In this document: in pieces, positions 19,608-33,111 of the stretch
How positions within the stretch are numbered: position 1 is the stretch's first letter
How the letters are laid out: the number at the start of each line of letters is the position of its first letter
Notes under the pieces: generated by a model
What the model saw: the letters and a program-made list of their open reading frames with translations, nothing else
Told to the model about the DNA's origin: nothing
Database searches by the model: none
Made by a program: the position numbers and the translations under genes
NCBI GenBank assembly: GCA_964019335.1
Contig: OZ025698.1
Location: 248,001-312,000 of the forward strand
From: Diplonema japonicum
Taxonomy: Eukaryota; Protista; Euglenozoa: Diplonemea
DNA length: 64,000 bases
Direction: 5' to 3'

Positions 19608-20819
19608 ATGCAAGAACAACTCCGTGCTGCGCGAGATGTGTTCAAAAGGCTGGGGCAGGCTGAGGACAGCTTGCGAAAACAACAGGTGACACCTCCACCA
19701 GAGAGGAACATACAAGTCTTGGCGGAGCAGCAGGGGTGGAGGTATTTGAATAACGACCACAGACTTGAAGAAGGTGAAGCAGGCATCTTGGCACGTCCAA
19801 CTAGGCTGGTCTACGAGGGGGAGGGGGAGAGGGTGGAAGAAGAAGACGTAACACCAGAAGTCACGCTGGTGCTCACAGTGCAAATTTCTTCCGGTGAAGA
19901 CGTCACATTGGTTCTGAACCCAGAGGACAGCCCACTTCGGGTGGCAGAGGACTTCATCACCAGGAATGGCCTCCCCCGTGCTGTGATTCCACCCCTCGCC
20001 GCGAAGCTTACCACTACCTTGCAAGAGGAACGGGCAAAGCTGAAGAAAAGCCAAACAACACCACAACTCCCACACCCTTCCGCGTCGCCTAAAAAGCCTG
20101 CGCCTGGTGCATTCAAAACCAAGGGGCGTAGACAGCCCCTTTCCAATATCCCTCCAAATTTTGCGTTTTCGGCAGCAACAACAACAACAACAACAACGCC
20201 GGCTCCCCGAACACCGTCACCGAAAGCCTCGCCTGTTAGAGGGGAAAGTCCTGTGAATAGGATAGGGTTGAAGGCAGGGCAGAGGTTATACACGGAGGGG
20301 GTGATGGTATTTTTTTTTTTTTTTTTTTTTGAGTGACTACTGCGCCCCTTGTAATGCGCCTGCAGTTGCTTGTACGGATTCTTAGGAAACAAAAAAAAAG
20401 AAGAAAAAAAAAAAAAAAAAAAAAAACCATACAGCATCAGAAGGCAACCGCAGAACAACGGAGGAGAATGCTAGATCTTGAAGAGCAACGCGAGGCAGCG
20501 AAATCAACGTTTAGTCCTGTGATATCTGAAGCTGCAAGAAAGATGTATGCAGATAATACAAAGGGAGAGAGAAAAAAAAAAAAGCAGTCGGCGACAGGAC
20601 ACCACATATCGAAAACGCCCCAACCCCTCACACGTCATGAAGCAGGAAGACCAAGAGATGCAGCACTGTACCTTCATGCCAAAAATATCTTCGCACTCGG
20701 ACCGCATTATGCAAACGAGAACCAGCCCCCACTCCGCCCCTGCTTATGAGACGCTTTACTTGGATGCAGAAGAGAGGTTGATGAGAGTCAACACTGACAG
20801 GGCCACTTGTTGTTCGTAA
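19608..20819 (+). CDS. Hypothetical protein with TFxPxI-type repeats; introns 20307-20434 (possibly split by a 6-nt microexon) and 20545-20587
   Basis: Splicing joins three ORFs in frame: RLYTEG..STFSPVISEAARKI..CTFMPKISSHSDRIM..AYETLYLDAEER. Confidence 0.65.
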
Positions 20820-21042
20820 GAGTTGTCCCCCTCCCCCTTTTTTTTTTCATTCTCCACATTCTTGCTTCACTACACGGAAATGGAACCAAAAGAAATAAAA
20901 TAAAAAATGTTATTTTAGAGCGTTATTTAGAATTTAGAAGTTCCCCACCTTCCCACTGTTTTTTTTTTTCTTCTCTTCTTTTTTTTTTTTCTTGCCTGTG
21001 GAAAGAAAAAAAAAGAGGGGAGAAAAAAGAAATAAAAAAGAA

Positions 21043-21502
21043 ATGTCGTTCGACAATAGGATGAAACTTTCAAAAAGACCGATGATTAAGGTGGGGAGTC
21101 AGTTTCAGGTAAAAAAAAAAATAATAATAATAAAAAAGAGAAAAACTACAAACCGACACGCGAATTTGGATTTTCCAAACGTTTTCAAAATATTTTGTCC
21201 ATCCACGGTAACCACTTTTGAAACCCACCAACCACGGCAACTTAGCGACATGTGTCACCATCCACGGTAACCTCGAAAATTATTTTTCATCATCCACGGC
21301 AACCGCGAGAATCTTTTTACCATCATCTACGGTAACCACGATGGCTTTTCCACCATCCGCGGCTTGAAAATATTTTCCACCTTCCACTGTCCTTTGCTTG
21401 ACTGGCCCACCCTTCGTCACTACTTACCTGCGGGGTGGTGGAAAGTGAAATTCAGGTTGGCATGAACGGTGTAAAATTTTCAGCCGTGTCTGTAGTTTTT
21501 CT

Positions 21503-21535
<33 letters not shown>

Positions 21536-22072
21536 CAACCACAGCAAGACCACGGCATCTTCGACCCCAACGCAGTGGTCGAGACCCCACACAGGATGAG
21601 GAGGGCGGTTGAACTGGAGTTGCCAGTCGAAAGCACCTCTCTGAAGGTGGGCAGGAAACACATTGAAACCAAGCAGGACGAGCCGGATTCAAAAGGGTTC
21701 AGCGGGTCACTATACGACCCCAGCAAGAGCGACCGGTTCCAAGCCACAATGAGGCAGTCTGCGCATGGTAATGTAATCACGGGCGAAGGCTGTGAAGAAG
21801 ACTCCTTCCAGTCCCGTGTAGGGAAGGCTACCGTCCACCAGCCTACCGGAAACTTTCTGCAGCACAACCCCGAGGAGTCATCCCCCTACGTCTCCCGCAG
21901 CAGGCATGAAAATCACGTTAAACAAAGCCGCTCTTACTGCCCATGGGCAGTCGATGACCACCATGTCGAACCAGAACAGCCTTACAAACCACTGCACCCT
22001 TCCAACATCGATCATGGAGACGTTCTCTCGGGCGGTAAAATGGAACCGAAGTACGCAGGCAGGAGGCAGTGA
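21043..22072 (+). CDS. Hypothetical protein with one 436-nt intron (21109-21544)
   Basis: ATG after a poly-A leader; 22-codon exon ending cag|gt; acceptor ccacag at 21544 is in frame with the 21575-22072 ORF. Confidence 0.6.
21138..21503. mobile_element. MITE with internal ~30-bp tandem repeats, inserted in an A-rich intron
   Basis: TIRs gagaaaaactaca..gacacg / cgtgtctgtagtttttctc; internal repeats of ccatccacggtaacc; A-runs on both flanks. Confidence 0.7.
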
Positions 22073-22270
22073 AAGGACCCCCCCCCTCTCCTTCTCTCTT
22101 TGTTGTCCATGTTTAATTCTAGATTTTTTCCTGTTTTTTTTTTTTTTGCCCCCCTCTTTTCTCCTCTCCTTAGACACATTATCCCCTCCTCTTTTCTTCT
22201 CTTTTTTTTTTTTTTAAATATTTCTTATTGTCTTTCCGTTGTTGTGTCCAACACACCATCACCAGTTGGG

Positions 22271-22690
22271 ATGGAGGAGGACATGACGGATGAAGAGCTT
22301 GCACGGGAGTTAGAAAAGTTGCGAGTCAATGTCGTGCGTCAAGTGGAGATCAATAAAGGGCTGACAGAGTTGCAGAGGAGGCAGCAGGTGATGACAGCTG
22401 CAGAGCTGCAAAAAAGGTCTCAGCAGATATGCAACAACCCTGTGCAAGATACGTGGACCTCACACCTCACAAAGGACGGGTATCCTTATGTGTATAATTC
22501 CAGGACAGGTGACAGCCACTGGGGTTATGCCCCTCCCCCCTGTGCACACTCCCCACCCCGCGCCTCGCCACCCCTCCTTCCTGTGCGTCCCACGGACGCA
22601 GCTTCGCAGCTCCTACGACAGCACGCAACACCCCAATCCGCGCGATGTCCTTCTTTGTTCCAAACAGCACCTAACATATCCTTCCTGTAG
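22271..22690 (+). CDS. Small coiled-coil + WW-domain protein
   Basis: DTWTSHLTKDGYPYVYNSRTGDSHWGYAP fits the WW consensus. Confidence 0.75.
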   Translation: MEEDMTDEELARELEKLRVNVVRQVEINKGLTELQRRQQVMTAAELQKRSQQICNNPVQDTWTSHLTKDGYPYVYNSRTGDSHWGYAPPPCAHSPPRASPPLLPVRPTDAASQLLRQHATPQSARCPSLFQTAPNISFL

Positions 22691-22779
22691 TTTATACGTA
22701 CCCAGTTTTTTTTTCTTTTTTTTTCCTTCTTTTTTTTTTCTCCTGATCATTTCCCTTTTAACATCATCTCAGGAGCACC

Positions 22780-25700
22780 ATGCCGGGCAGCACTACCGGC
22801 GACCCCAAGGAGGAAGGGGCGAAACAGGAAGACCCACTTCCCGAGGAACAGGCAAACCAAGCAGACGAACCTGTTCCTGAAGGTGAGACGAAAGAAGTTG
22901 CCGAAGACCCCGTCCCTGAGGAACAAGGGAACCAGGGGGAATCGACTCTTGTAGAAGATGAAGTGAAGCAGGAAGACCCTGTTCCTGAGGAGCCCGTGCA
23001 GCCTGCAGCTGAGCAGAGCGATGTGTTGAGCCTGCCCAAGTCGCCAGAGGAAGACGAGTTTCAAGTGCCCGAGGACGCTGCGTCTGTGCAGGACAGTGAG
23101 GACCTGGGAGGCAGTTCGTCCTCAGAGTCCGAAGACATGGGAACAATATACGAAAGAGAAGTGAAGAAAAAGAAGAAAGTGAAGCCGAACTGGGTTGCAA
23201 ACATCCTTATCGAGGGTGGCAGCAACCTCAATGTAGGGGGCTGCTGTGGCAGTGGGACCACCTTCCTCGTGGCAAGGCTCGTGACGGACAAGGGTTCGGA
23301 AAAAAGGGTCACAAAGAGATTCACACAGCTGCCGCCTTCCAAGAACGAGAACAGCTGGAGATCTAAAGCTCAGCAGGTGGACATCGAGAACTGGATGGGA
23401 CCCAACCCCAACTGGCGTGCAAGATTCCAGCTCCCCCTCGAGAACTACAGGGACACCAAGCTCCACAATCCCATCATCGCAGTCGAGGTGCACGAGCGCC
23501 GTTCCCTGGTGGATGTTAAGATTGGTGAGTACATCATCCCCGTGGCACCGCGTTACACGGATCTGTCCACAGTGCACCCTGGCGAGGTATCTGAAACAGG
23601 TTTCCTACGCCCTGGTGACGACGGGTGGGGTGACTGCATGCACGAGGCCGAAGAGATCAATGCACCGCTTGGTAGTGGCAAGATCAACATCAGACGTGTC
23701 TACTTCAAGCCGCTTTTGAAGAAGCTGCCAAAGGAGATCCCCGAGCTGTGGAGGGGCACTAAGGTGCTTCCCAACATGCATATGTGGGGCTTGAGTCTGA
23801 AGGGGACGGGCGACTTGAGGTCCGACAACTATATGCTGGAGAAGGGCGACGACTTCGACCTGAGCACGATGACAGGGAAGGTGACCAAAGTGAGGAACAG
23901 GAACCTCACTGTCCAGGTGCAGTGGGATGGCGACTCAGAGAAGCGGTGGTACAGGAGCGGGCTGGACGGGATCCACGACGTGCTGCCCGTCTCGCACAAG
24001 GCGGGGTCCGGGGACACCGCTGAGCATCTCTACGTCACAGAGTGGAACCCCATGGACCTGTTCTCCCCCAAGCAGATCCGTCATATGCTCTTCGTGCTTC
24101 GCCAGATGAACCAGCTCGTGATTCAGGGCATCACCAACCTGAGGGCCACCCGAACAAAAGACACAGAACAGCGAAAGCAAGAGTTCCATGATCTTATCCA
24201 GAAGGCCCTCCTCCCCTTACCCGGGTGGCTCAGCCTCTATTCCTTGTTCTCGGTACTTGTTGAGAACTACGACAACCTGACGAGAAGCGAGTCGCAGAGC
24301 TTCCGCCAGTCGTGGGACAACGAGGCACCCACGCTGAAGAGGGAGATCATCGCTGGGCTGTTTCACCCCAGGTTCCCTGCACGCGATAGGTACAACTTGC
24401 TGCTGACGTGCAAGATAATTGACGAGGACATCAACGAGTCGACGGAGCCCGTCGAGGCCACTACTGTCGACGTCGAGGGGGAGGAGTCCATTGCAGCACC
24501 TCTCACCAGGGCAGACTCACAGGCGTGGGAGGAGCTGAAGCGTTGGAGGGACACCAACCGCTACACGGAGGCAGGCCTTGCGTACATCAAGGGGGTTGTG
24601 CACACGTGGACGAAGAGCAACAACACACGCAACGTGAAGGACGCGCTGGACAGGCTCATCCCCAAACTGGTTGCAAGACTGCAGCCGCAGGACGAAGTCG
24701 GCAGGTCTGCTGTGCTGAACGACGTGTTCATGAACTGCGTGCTGAAGGACGCCGCTACCTTTATGTACAAAGCAGAGAAAGACTTGCAAAGCAGAACAGG
24801 GGTTCCAACAACAAAGACCGTCCAGGAAATGCAAGAGCAGAGCTCTAACGAGATGCAGAAACTGCTGGCACCGTTCGGCTCGAGTACCGACCAGGGCACG
24901 GGTCCTAAACATATGTTGGAACTCTGCAGGGCTCTGGAAGAAGTCAGTTTACTGCAAACCTCCGAGGCCATTGAGAGCGCTGTCGGTTGGAAACCGAGGC
25001 AGAGCGGCGACAAATTTGTGAAGGACATGAAAACCATGACCCGCAGGCACAAGAAGAAGCTCGTCAACGAGAAGACCTCATGCTGCACGTCGGCGTGGAG
25101 CACCGTGAAGCCCTATTTGAAGTCCCCGATGAGAAGGTCATGCGACTACATGGAGGGCAGGCTGGGGTCAGCCATCGGTGAATACTTCAGGTTCGTGAAG
25201 TTCATCGTGCACATCAACCTGTTGTGCTTCTTCATCTGGGCATACTTCGTGGTCGCACCGTGGGTGGACTGGGTCAGCAACGATGTGGTAAACAACGGCA
25301 CTGCAAACGACGTCGACGTGGACTTCGCGAAGGCATTTGGGAACATGATCGGTGTGCTGGGGCACACTGAGTACAACGCGACAAACGTGACGCATCCTTT
25401 CAGCATTGCGCGTGAGGAGGGCGATTGGTTCCTTTACGGCGCGTACCCCACTAGGCTCGACATCAACTACAGGATCGGTGCGGCGTACACAGCAGCCTGC
25501 TTCCTCACGCTCATTGCAACCTTCCTGTTCATCGCTGTGGAGATCGGAAAGCGTGTGAAGCAAGAACCATCAGGACTGTCCAAGACGAACAACAGGGAAC
25601 TCTTCAAAGCCAAGTGGAAACGTATCCTCGGCAGGGAAATCATGTTCTCGAAGTCCCGCCTGTCGCTTGTCGACCAACGCATCGACAGCGCTGACATCTC

Positions 25701-28333
25701 ATTGGACCCCATCAGCCTGGAGCAGATCGAAGACAGTGCCATGATGCAAGTCATGGAGGAGGAGAACGCCATCAATTTGCTGAGCTGGCCGATCGGCCTT
25801 AGTGACGCCGAGGGCACCAAACTTAAATTGGAAAGCTCAAGGCAATTCTGGGAGTTACAACACGCATTGATCGGCTACCAAGAAGCAGAGCTGGAACATG
25901 ACGGAGCTTGCTGCTCCGAGATGCGTGTCAGGCAGTACAAGACTTATGTAGGATGGTGGTTGTCTGTCTGCATCTTCGTAGAGTCCTTCATCCTCCTATT
26001 CTTAATCCTTGACAACCGTGAGAAGCTCAACACTGACTACAACGAATGGGTGGCGCCTATTTTGATCGCAGCCGTGAACAGTGGTACTCCTGTGATCCTC
26101 AAGAAGATCGTGCAGATTCTTGAGTACTACGAGGATAATAGGCTAACCGTGTACCACATCATCATCAGACAGTTCTGCTGCAAGATGTCTAACATGGTGT
26201 GGGTTATTCTACAGTCCATCAACACCACCAACGTCCCAGGCCAGCGCTGCACTGTGAACGACACAGCAACGCTTATATACCAGCTGGTAGCAACTGGGTT
26301 GGCTTTGGAGGTTATCTTGTTCTTCGCTTCAGGGTTGGGGCTCATGTTATTCGGGAGGGTCGTGGTGTACCCCATGGCGGTGAAGAGTATTTTCATGAAG
26401 ACCATGAATCTTAAAACCCCGAAAAAGTTTAGACCATCATCTGAAGCAGCGCTGTCGTTCACAGATGGAAAAGTTACCATTGATGATGACCTCACCGAAG
26501 AGAACAGATCTATGTATGTCAAGGTGAGTAACGTAATCGACTTGTATGAAGAACCCAAGGAGGCGGCGCTAAAACTAGACCAAGCAAAAGAAGTCCTTCT
26601 TGACAAGCAGAACTCCAACGACCACGAGAACGAAAAGGCCGCTTTCAAGCAGGTCAGAAAACTGCAACAAGAGGCGGTCAACATTAAGAAAATCGCTCTG
26701 ACGAAATCCCTGCAGGAGAAGAACCTCGACAGCGAGATGTGCATGCAGACGAAGCTGCACGCGGAACGGGACATCATCTTCCAAACTTACATGTTCACCA
26801 TGGAGGACTACAAGAAGTCCTACGACATGATAAAGCTCCTGAGACTTCTGCGAAAGATGAACAAACACATTCCTGCTGACGTTGCGATGACAACTGCAGA
26901 GTGCCTCCCATTGGACGAACTCATGTGCCCCATCAAGCCAGGGGCAGTAGGGTACCATGTCCCCCGTGACACAAAGCCGAAATGGACTACAGTTCCCGAC
27001 CTCGTCCTCCTCGATCAGTTCGGCGAGCTAAAGGACGTTGTCAGGAACCAGCTGCTTACCGACGTGGAGAAGAAGAAGATTAAACAACTGGACGAGAACC
27101 TAATAGAGAAGGTGAGCACTGTCATCACTATCCAAAACGCATACTGCAAAACTGTGAAGGAGCAGGGCCGCACCACGATGAAACAAGGAGGCGAAGTGGA
27201 TGAAGAAGATCTTGAAGCCTTCCATCTGAGGAAGCAGGACGCTGAGCTCCACATATGCGAACACAGAAGGGAACTGTACGACATGCTGAGGCTGAGGGTG
27301 TACCTCAAGCAAAAGAAAGACTACACGCAAAAGGTGAACAGGCTCCTGAAGGACCTGAACGACGCCAGAGAGAACATGCCCCCCGCAAATGGAAAATCTG
27401 AGTTCGAGCTCCCACAGCAGGTCATGTCCTTCCTGTACCTTCAGTCGCTCGTGTGGGTGGGGTCCGTCTTCTCGCCGATGATGATGGTGCAGGGCTTCCT
27501 CGCAACGTTGATTTGGTTCATCTCGCAGAGGTACTTTGTGGACTGGTTCCATGTAGGGTCCAAGTATGGCACGAAAATTAAAAAAAAAAAAAAAAAAAGG
27601 CGTCCTATCGCAATTGGGAGCTCCAGCGTGTTCTTCTACTATCTCATGGGGGTGGTACTCTTCGTGGCCATGATCCCGATTGCAGCGTTCATGGACACAA
27701 CAATGGTAATGCTAAAAGGGAAAAGAAAAAAAAAAATAAATACAGGACTGTGGGCCACACTCAGGCACAACACCGATCCACGGGTTTTGGGAGTGGGCCG
27801 GCGACTGGCCGGACCCGCTTGACAAGATCACAGCGTGGTTCTTCTCCCCGTTTGTTCTCGTGTCGATTATATGCTTGCAGGTCGGGGTTCAGATCTTGGG
27901 ATACATGAAATATTTCGGGCTCAGCAGAGACGTGGAGTCTGCTTACAAAGAGGTATTTCTTTTTTTTTTTTTTTTTATAATACAAAATCGGCAAATACAG
28001 CTCGCCGAGCAAAAGGCAGAAGGGAAGGAAACAGCTGCCTATATGCTGCGTTACACGCAAGATATTCAAAATTTCCACAGATCACAGCTGTTGCTTGAGC
28101 CCAACTTGATGCTTGACACCACCTCTGATGTTTTCGTGGGTGGTAAGGGGTCAGTGAATTTAAGTTACACCAACACATTCGAGACAACAATGTGCGGATT
28201 ACTCAAGAGATCACCTCTTGATCAGCTCGAGCAGAAAGTTTTACAAGGCGACAATGCTCATGTGCTTAAATCTGTCAAAGCTGCTAAAAACAACGCTCCG
28301 ATGATGGTTTCTTCAATTTGGGTTAACAAGTGA
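22780..28333 (+). CDS. TMC-like (transmembrane channel-like) protein with N-terminal C2-like and MIB/HERC2-like domains; introns 27564-27599, 27706-27745, 27953-28000
   Basis: MEGRLGSAIGEYFRFVKFIVHINL, FLYGAYP, EFELPQQVMSFLYLQSLVWVGSVFSPM and, after splicing, DCGP are TMC signatures. GKVTKV..VQVQWDG..WYRSGLDGIHDV is MIB/HERC2-like. Confidence 0.85.
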
Positions 28334-28999
28334 GAAGAAAAAAAAAAAGAAAAAGAAATGGTAAGGGGAAAAAAAAAAGTGTTTAACCGTCCCTCTCATC
28401 TCCCTTACGTGTTATCATTTATTTTTTTTGTGTTTTTTTTTCTCTCTTTTTTTTCTTTCTTTTTTTTTCTCTCTCTCTCGGGATCGTTCTCATAATGTCA
28501 TTGTCAAGTTTCTTGGGAAAGGGGGAGAAAAAAAAAAACAAAAAGGAAATCTCCCCCTTGCTATACATAGAACGATTGGTACGAGAGGAGGGGGGGGAAA
28601 AAAATGAAAGAAAGAAAAAAAGAAGAAAAAAAAACCAAGGAAAGAAATGAAAGAATGGTCAGTTATTTTACACTTGTCCGTGGCTTATAGGAAGTACAAA
28701 GAAAGGTGAACTCGATCATCTCCTTCAAAAGGGGGCCCATTTTCAAGTACGAGTAGTCTTAGATATTTCAAGGGCAAGTGTAGAATAATCGACCACATGA
28801 AAGAAAAACGAAAAAGAAAAAAAAACAAGAAAAAAACGAGGCGACAGGAGAAGGAAGTGAGAGAGGAGGGCGGCGCTGTATGAAAACTTGCTGCCCTTCC
28901 CCCCTTCCCTCCACCTTCCCTCCCTCCCCTTTTCTCCACCCTCCCCCACTGTGCCGACACGAGTAGGGGGACCCTTCCTTTCTCAATCTCCCCTCCACC

Positions 29000-29031
<32 letters not shown>

Positions 29032-30992
29032 GTACGCCATAGATACCAAACCCTTGGAGAATGCAAGTAGGACCTTCTCCCCTTCTTTTTCTGTTTTTTT
29101 TTTCTTTTGCATATGATTCCTTTCTCCTTTGTTTTTTTTTCTTCTTTTTCTCTTCGTCTTTCCCATTCTACACCTGTTCGCATTACTTACCATCAGGGGG
29201 GGGGGGGGGGTAGGTAGAAAAAAGAAACTGTAATGACAAGCCAGATAGAGCATTCCCGCCTTAGTTAGTCAGTCGACTTAGTGCCACTACATGTGCAACG
29301 GACTGATGAGGATGTCAGCAGCATTTGAAGCCCGATAGTTACACAGTGCAAGACCTGTTCACATCAGGAATAGTTACAGCCCACAGCCCATGGAAGGCCG
29401 TCGGTGTTATTCAGATCCGGGCACCCGTGACCTATGAGCTGCTCACAGACGCAGCTGTGGCCAATGCGAGGACAATGCGAGGGACGATGCATGGAGGTGC
29501 AGGCACACAGTGGACTGGGAAGCTAACCTGCAAGGATGGATCAAGAACAAACACGGCAAAGCCCTTGTTAAGCGGGTTTACACCACGACACCTTCAGTAT
29601 TCCGTCAGTTCTAAACATGACCGTGGCATTCCAAGACTCTCCATGCCGTGCAGTAGCAACATTGTGAAGCACACGGGGCACATGCGAAGTCATAGAGCAC
29701 CCAGCTCAAAAATCATTGGCCTGTTATTATCCGGGATTTAAACATAAGCCGGAATTCGAGACAGCTTACTATAGCACACGCTGTTTTTTTTCCGAGTTGA
29801 TGCTTCATGACACATCCTCACCGGTACCACGTATCGTGGTTGCTGTCTGCATTTACAAGATCCTGGAAGAAGGCATGGTGCCCTGACTAGCCCCAATGTG
29901 GTCAGGATGCCTATTCTAGATGGTTAACATTTATAGGAACTGAGTTCCTTGTTCTGAGCAGAGCAGCCCTTCATAACCGTCGCGAAGCTGTGGACCCGGG
30001 TGGCAAGGGCAACAGTGGTGAGAAGGCCTGAGAAGCCGGTATACTCGCCCAGGGTGCAGAACACGACGACAGACGCAGTATCGCAAAGCATCCAGAGGAC
30101 TAGCTGGTGGGCGCGAACGCGAGTGCGAGTGCGAGATGCCTGGGGTGTGACGCACTCTGCAACGTAAGGGACGGGACCAGCATCCTTCTGCAGCATACCA
30201 CTTAGCACTGCCGAGTACGGCCAACGCCGACTGCGAATGGTGGCCACGTCAGCTGGCCACGACATATATATATCGGTACACGAAACTGCATTTCAGGAAT
30301 AGGCCCTTCCACCCGGGGGAACCTCTTAGCCCCGAAATTCTCCCTTGTACCACAAGCACGGCTGAAGAAGAAATACTTCCCAGGTGTCTTGTTTGTCCTC
30401 AATTGACTGAGAGTCCTGAGGTGGGGCAAGAACGGAGGGCAAGTGTCCTAGGCAAACCTTGCGAAGAAGATCCACATGGGTGGTAGACCTAGCTGGCTGG
30501 GCAAGAAAACTCGGCAGAATCCACGGCGTTTTGGACAAGGTGCACCTAAAAGGTACAGAGAATCACCTGATTTCGACACTACCTGCTGTCACTACTGCAG
30601 GCTCCCTTCAAAAGACACCTTTTTTTGGACCAACCCAGCGTTTGCACAAAAAGTAGTCTTTTAGCCGCCTTATTATAGGACTAGAGGGTCCAAAAATCTG
30701 GCCAAAAAATGAGTGATCGGAATTCATCTCGTCAAAAATAAATAGGAAAGGACCCCCTAAAAAAGGTTTATTACACCAAAGTTCGCAGCAGAAGATGCGG
30801 AATATTTGAGACAATGCGCAGTACTGACAGCGCAGAGAAACGAGTGGTCGGACCCCTTCGTGCCTACTACAGAGCACAACAACGCAATCCACCCTACGTT
30901 CGTGCGAGAAGTTGTGTTCGCCAGGCGGTTTATGAAGCAACAAAGTCATTATTCTTGTTTTTCAACAGATCAGAAGTTAAGAAAGTGGTGGG

Positions 30993-31234
30993 GTTGTGTT
31001 GTGTTGTGTTGTGTTGTGTTGTGTTGTGTTGTGTTGTGTTGTGTTGTGTTGTGTTGTGTTGTGTTGTGTTGTGTTGTGTTGTGTTGTGTTGTGTTGTGTT
31101 GTGTTGTGTTGTGTTGTGTTGTGTTGTGTTGTGTTGTGTTGTGTTGTGTTGTGTTGTGTTGTGTTGTGTTGTGTTGTGTTGTGTTGTGTTGTGTTGTGTT
31201 GTGTTGTGTTGTGTTGTGTTGTGTTGTGTTGTGT
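30993..31234. repeat. (GTTGT)n pentanucleotide microsatellite, ~48 units
   Basis: Perfect tandem repeat. Confidence 0.98.
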
Positions 31235-31484
31235 CATATTGATGACCCCGTCACTGCTGCTCCCCAGCAGTCACGTCTCAATCAGAAGAGAGTGCAAACT
31301 TACTTCGCGCTGCTAGGTGTGGCAACCTGTATCACCTTGTTCGTACGGGGAAAAAAAAAAAAAAAAAAAAGTTCCGAATCGGGTTTCGAAATAGTTCCAT
31401 GATAGCTATGTTCTGTTCCATACGTCCCTTCCCCCTTTTCTTGTAATCTTCCTGTGGAATTAAAATAAAAAAAGGGGGAGGGGG

Positions 31485-32993
31485 ATGGACAGCAAAAGCA
31501 AACACAATGTGCAGCTTGAGGTTAAGATACCATTCTGTGAGTCCATTATGGTCGAGGCTGAAGCAGCTGAGAGCATCCAAGACGTGAAGGACAAGATTGG
31601 TACGATGTGCAAGCTGTTTAAAGACACCTTCACCTTGACCTTCGATGGAGAAGAGATAGGGGGCGACACCGACTGCAGGCTTGTCAGGGAGCTGCCTTTC
31701 GAGGACTGCAGCACGTTGCAAGTGGCATACGACGATCAATACACAGCTCGCAAAGAACTGCGAGCGGCGATGGGAAGTAGATATTTCTCCGATATCCAAG
31801 GGTTCTGCGACAGGCGTGACCACGACCTGGCGGTTTGTGAAATTGTTCCCTTGCTTGAGAAGGCAGGCTGGCTACGGAAGCACATAGCGAAGATCCTCAT
31901 TTGTGCGAACCGCAATGGCCATGAAGCAACTCTGGACTTGCTGATGTCTTATTACGCCGACACTCTGAATAGCTCCCATTTACAACACGAAACCGGCATA
32001 AGTATGGTGGGTGAAAGGGGGAAGTAAAAAAAAAGAAAAAAAAAAAAAAAAAAAAAGAAAAGAAAATCAGGCACTTCGTTGCTCCACCTTTGCGATAGGT
32101 TTGACACCACCAGTAACCCACATCTGCACGCGTCTCTCTTCGAGCTCTTAGCCCGCCACGGAGCGAACGTGAAACTGGCAAATGGGTCAGGGAGAACTGC
32201 ACTGCACATGCTGGTCGGCAACGGGACTTCGAATACAAACGCGAAACTGTGTTGTGCGATCCGCCTGCTGGAACTTGGTGCTGATGCAAACGTAGCTGAC
32301 AAGAATGGTGTGGTGAAATATATATATATTTTTTATCCACGACACACAGGCAGCACGCCTTTGCATGATGTGTTTCAAGCAGAGGTTGAGTTGGATGACT
32401 TCGCCAAGTACTTACTTCGGAATGGCCACATCACCCGTATTGGTGTTGCCATGAAGGATAAGAAAGGCCGCACACCTCTACACACTGCCGCTGGTAGTTT
32501 GTTTAGCTTGGAAACTATCGACATCTTGCTGCAGCACAAGGCAGATATCTATGGAACAGACCGTAGAGGAGCGAGGCCTTTGCACTATTTGATGGGCTCT
32601 GCAGTTGACCTGAGGGTCTTCCGGACAGCAGTGGTTCGTTTACTTGGAGGGGATGGGATCAACGTGGAGGACAACAAAGGGCAGACACCTCTACACCATG
32701 CTGCTTTGTGCACCCGCGACGATGCGGGTGAGCGTGTTCAGTTCCTCCTCAAGCTTGGTGCCAGCGTGATGGCAAGAGACAACGAGGGGAGAACACCCTT
32801 ACACCTCGTGAAAAGGCCTTGTGTTGAAAAACTGCTCATGAATGAGAAAAGCAAAATTGTTGATATATGCGATGCTTTTTTGAAACACAAACCGGTGCGC
32901 AAGAAGGCTGTGGACCCTCATACACCGCATTGCAGCAAGGTTGCCAAGCCCGCGAAGTCTCGGCAGGCTGCCAAGCACCCCAGTTGGAAGTGA
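31485..32993 (+). CDS. Ubiquitin-like domain + ankyrin repeat protein; introns 32002-32070, 32308-32349
   Basis: N-terminal ESIQDVKDKI..TLTFDGEEI..STLQV is Ubl-like; repeated GxTPLH/GRTALH ankyrin motifs; splicing joins the two ORFs in frame. Confidence 0.85.
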
Positions 32994-33111
32994 TGGTTGA
33001 TATCCTGAAAGCTCGATTTTTCTCTCTTTTTTGAAAAAAAAAAAAAAAAAAAAAAAACTCCCCCCGAAATTCCAAATTTCCAGGTTCAAACTGGGTTTTT
33101 TTAATATTATA

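Noticed and set aside
21420-21432. TACTTACCTG resembling the U1 snRNA 5' end
   Set aside because: No U1 stem-loops or 70K loop follow; it lies inside a MITE.
29303-29335. CTGATGA + short stem, hammerhead-like
   Set aside because: Followed by GAAG rather than GAAA, and no stems I or III can be formed.
30806-31402. ORFs rich in CCVVL or TQHNT repeats
   Set aside because: Translations of the (GTTGT)n microsatellite.
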